DNA from: Octopus bimaculoides | Taxonomy: Eukaryota | Length of the DNA stretch: 64,000 nt | NCBI RefSeq assembly: GCF_001194135.2 | Contig: NC_068983.1 | Location: 83,627,903-83,691,902 of the forward strand | Reading direction: 5' to 3' | Part shown: in pieces, positions 63,869 through 64,000 of the stretch | Position numbering within the stretch: the stretch's first letter is position 1 | How the letters are laid out: each line of letters opens with the position of its first letter | Notes under the pieces: generated by a model | Databases searched by the model: none | Told to the model about the DNA's origin: nothing | What the model saw: the letters and a program-made list of their open reading frames with translations, nothing else | Position numbers and translations under genes: made by a program

Positions 63869-64000
63869 AAGCTACACTCAATTAAGCTTTCTGCTTGTTT
63901 TGTTTTTTATTGCAACTTAAAATTTAATTGTTTAATTTAGTTTTTAATGAAAAACAAGAATAATTATGTCGTTTTTAAAGTGTTAAAAGGGAAGAAGAAG

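Overview
AT-rich, microsatellite-dense eukaryotic genomic DNA from a draft assembly with 11 N-gaps. The repeat families and simple-repeat landscape look like an octopus (coleoid cephalopod) scaffold; this is pattern recognition, not a database result. No intact, identifiable protein-coding gene, true tRNA/rRNA gene or CRISPR array is visible, and almost all ORFs in the supplied track are microsatellite, gap or transposon artefacts. Most of the window is TE debris: four SINE-like families, RTE-type LINE fragments (one with YADD), R4/Dong-like and HERO-like restriction-endonuclease LINE fragments, and three Tc1/mariner remnants. Beyond the TEs, four signals stand out. (1) A chain of + strand segments from about 8.4 to 46.2 kb has canonical AG/GT boundaries, phase-compatible junctions and protein-like frames broken by a few stops or frameshifts; I read it as an unprocessed pseudogene of a large protein I cannot identify. 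(2) A CpG-rich island at about 5.8-7.6 kb, just upstream, has splice donors pointing both ways and may be a bidirectional promoter. (3) A tight cluster of 15-27 nt microexon-like units lies on the - strand at 34.1-35.45 kb, partly antisense to one of the fossil exons. (4) A 120-bp near-perfect hairpin at 18.5 kb has arms carrying a hammerhead-like CUGANGA...GAAA core. All gene-structure calls were made by eye and need homology and RNA-seq confirmation. Repeat coordinates are approximate.
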